NCBI GenBank assembly: GCA_037379345.1
Contig: CM074514.1
Span: 40,982,001 to 41,046,000 of the forward strand
Length of the DNA stretch: 64,000 nt
Source: Perna viridis
Taxonomy: Eukaryota
Direction of reading: 5' to 3'
Below the pieces are notes generated by a model. The model saw nothing but the letters and a program-made list of their open reading frames with translations, was not told where the DNA came from and searched no databases. A program made the position numbers and the translations under genes. This document shows, in pieces, positions 62,894 to 64,000 of this stretch; the first letter of the stretch is position 1; each line of letters opens with the position of its first letter.

Positions 62894-63021
62894 GTGTCGA
62901 TTTCACAAAAAGTCGTAAGTGTAAAGTTGATCGCAAGTAATGACGTCACACCTATAATAACATTGTGAAGTCATAATTTACGATCCATTTCACAGTTACG
63001 ACTTTTTTGTGAAATCGACGC
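62894..63021. mobile_element. Palindromic MITE with CAG TSD (PIF/Harbinger-like)
   Basis: cag|gtgtcgatttcacaaaaagtcgtaa...ttacgacttttttgtgaaatcgacgc|cag. Confidence 0.78.
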
Positions 63022-64000
63022 CAGGATTAGAGGATTAGAAGAAATGAATGAATAATCAAACAATAGAAAATTTCAAATGCAATATCTCAAAACCGAGCAA
63101 CATCTATTTTTTTTCCATTATATATTCTTATCATCATGATCATGAACGATCTTAAAAAAATCACAACCATTTATAATCCTTGTTATTCTTATATATAGAT
63201 CCAGCGAACTTCCTAAAATAAAAAAGACTAGTATTCCGTTTAATGTCTTGGAGCTACCTTTAAATATTATCACTTTTCCGATTACGTCATATGTGCAAAG
63301 TCTTTTATATTTCCGTCATCAAGCAAACTGCTGTCATTTAAGTTTTAATCAGGAATTTCTGTAGACAATGAAAGAAAAAAAAACAGTTATTGGAACTTTA
63401 ACCTTTAATTTTCTTATGTTTGAACATAAAATGGTCATATTGACATGAAAGATCAATTGACATGGTTAAATTACTAAGGAACATGCGTTATTGGTCTTTA
63501 TTGCTCAATAAATAAGTAATAATTTCAATTTTACCTAGTATGCAGTAAAACATTATTTCCAGGTCAAAGCAATAAAGAACATTGTTTCTTTAAAATTGAA
63601 CATAAACTCAATTTACTGTTTCATTATCATTGAAAAAGTAACGTCAAGATGAAGACTGTTATCAATAAGGCCATACCAATACATTTACAATACATATGCA
63701 GCAAAATCTAATTTTTATCGTGAAATGGAAAGCCCAAAAAAATCCAGATATGGATACTCAAGCCGTCATTTAAAAATGACAAAATATATCAGAGAATGTG
63801 CTAACCAGTTAGTAAATTTAGTCTAGCTCCTTTATCATTTAATAATGAACAGACTTTGTTTATTTTTCTCCGTTCTTGTTGGGGAAGTGAAAATCAAATG
63901 ACTTCAGAAGAAAAGTAAAAGTGACAAAAACACACGTTTCAGTCCAATGTGACATGGGAGTAAATATAAATGTTATGTTCAAATTATTTTCAAAGAGCCA

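Noticed and set aside
57000-64000. Additional protein-coding gene
   Set aside because: Only short ORFs without motifs or a consistent exon chain. Non-coding 5' exons of gene C cannot be excluded.

Overview
AT-rich, intron-rich animal genomic DNA. The repeat families and abundant TACATGTA suggest a bivalve mollusc, probably an oyster (inference). I built gene models by hand from GT-AG junctions, continuous reading frames and paralog comparison, and found three related spliced genes. Genes A (9600-23348, +) and B (28370-38930, +) are tandem paralogs. Each has 11 coding exons with exon-for-exon identical lengths and encodes 632 aa: signal peptide, degenerate VWA domain, an unnamed CC/W-rich beta domain, two cadherin-like repeats, and a C-terminal hydrophobic helix followed immediately by the stop codon. 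Gene C (40270-56093, -, convergent with B) has 13 coding exons and encodes 1021 aa. It has the same core and intron phases, plus a Thr-rich exon, a TSP1 exon and a ~304 aa cytoplasmic tail with a putative coiled coil and an EEPIYE tyrosine motif. A and B are ~71% identical in the VWA exon, with changes concentrated in the loops at the MIDAS face, but ~94% identical in the membrane-proximal exons 8-10. The best candidate for an undescribed system is a paired-receptor cluster: two tailless, tip-diversified VWA-cadherin surface proteins next to one tailed, possibly signalling, paralog. Its function is unknown. The rest of the window is introns and intergenic DNA with decayed LINE and Penelope-like RT fragments, SINE-like repeats and many MITEs. 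There are no true RNA genes or CRISPR arrays.
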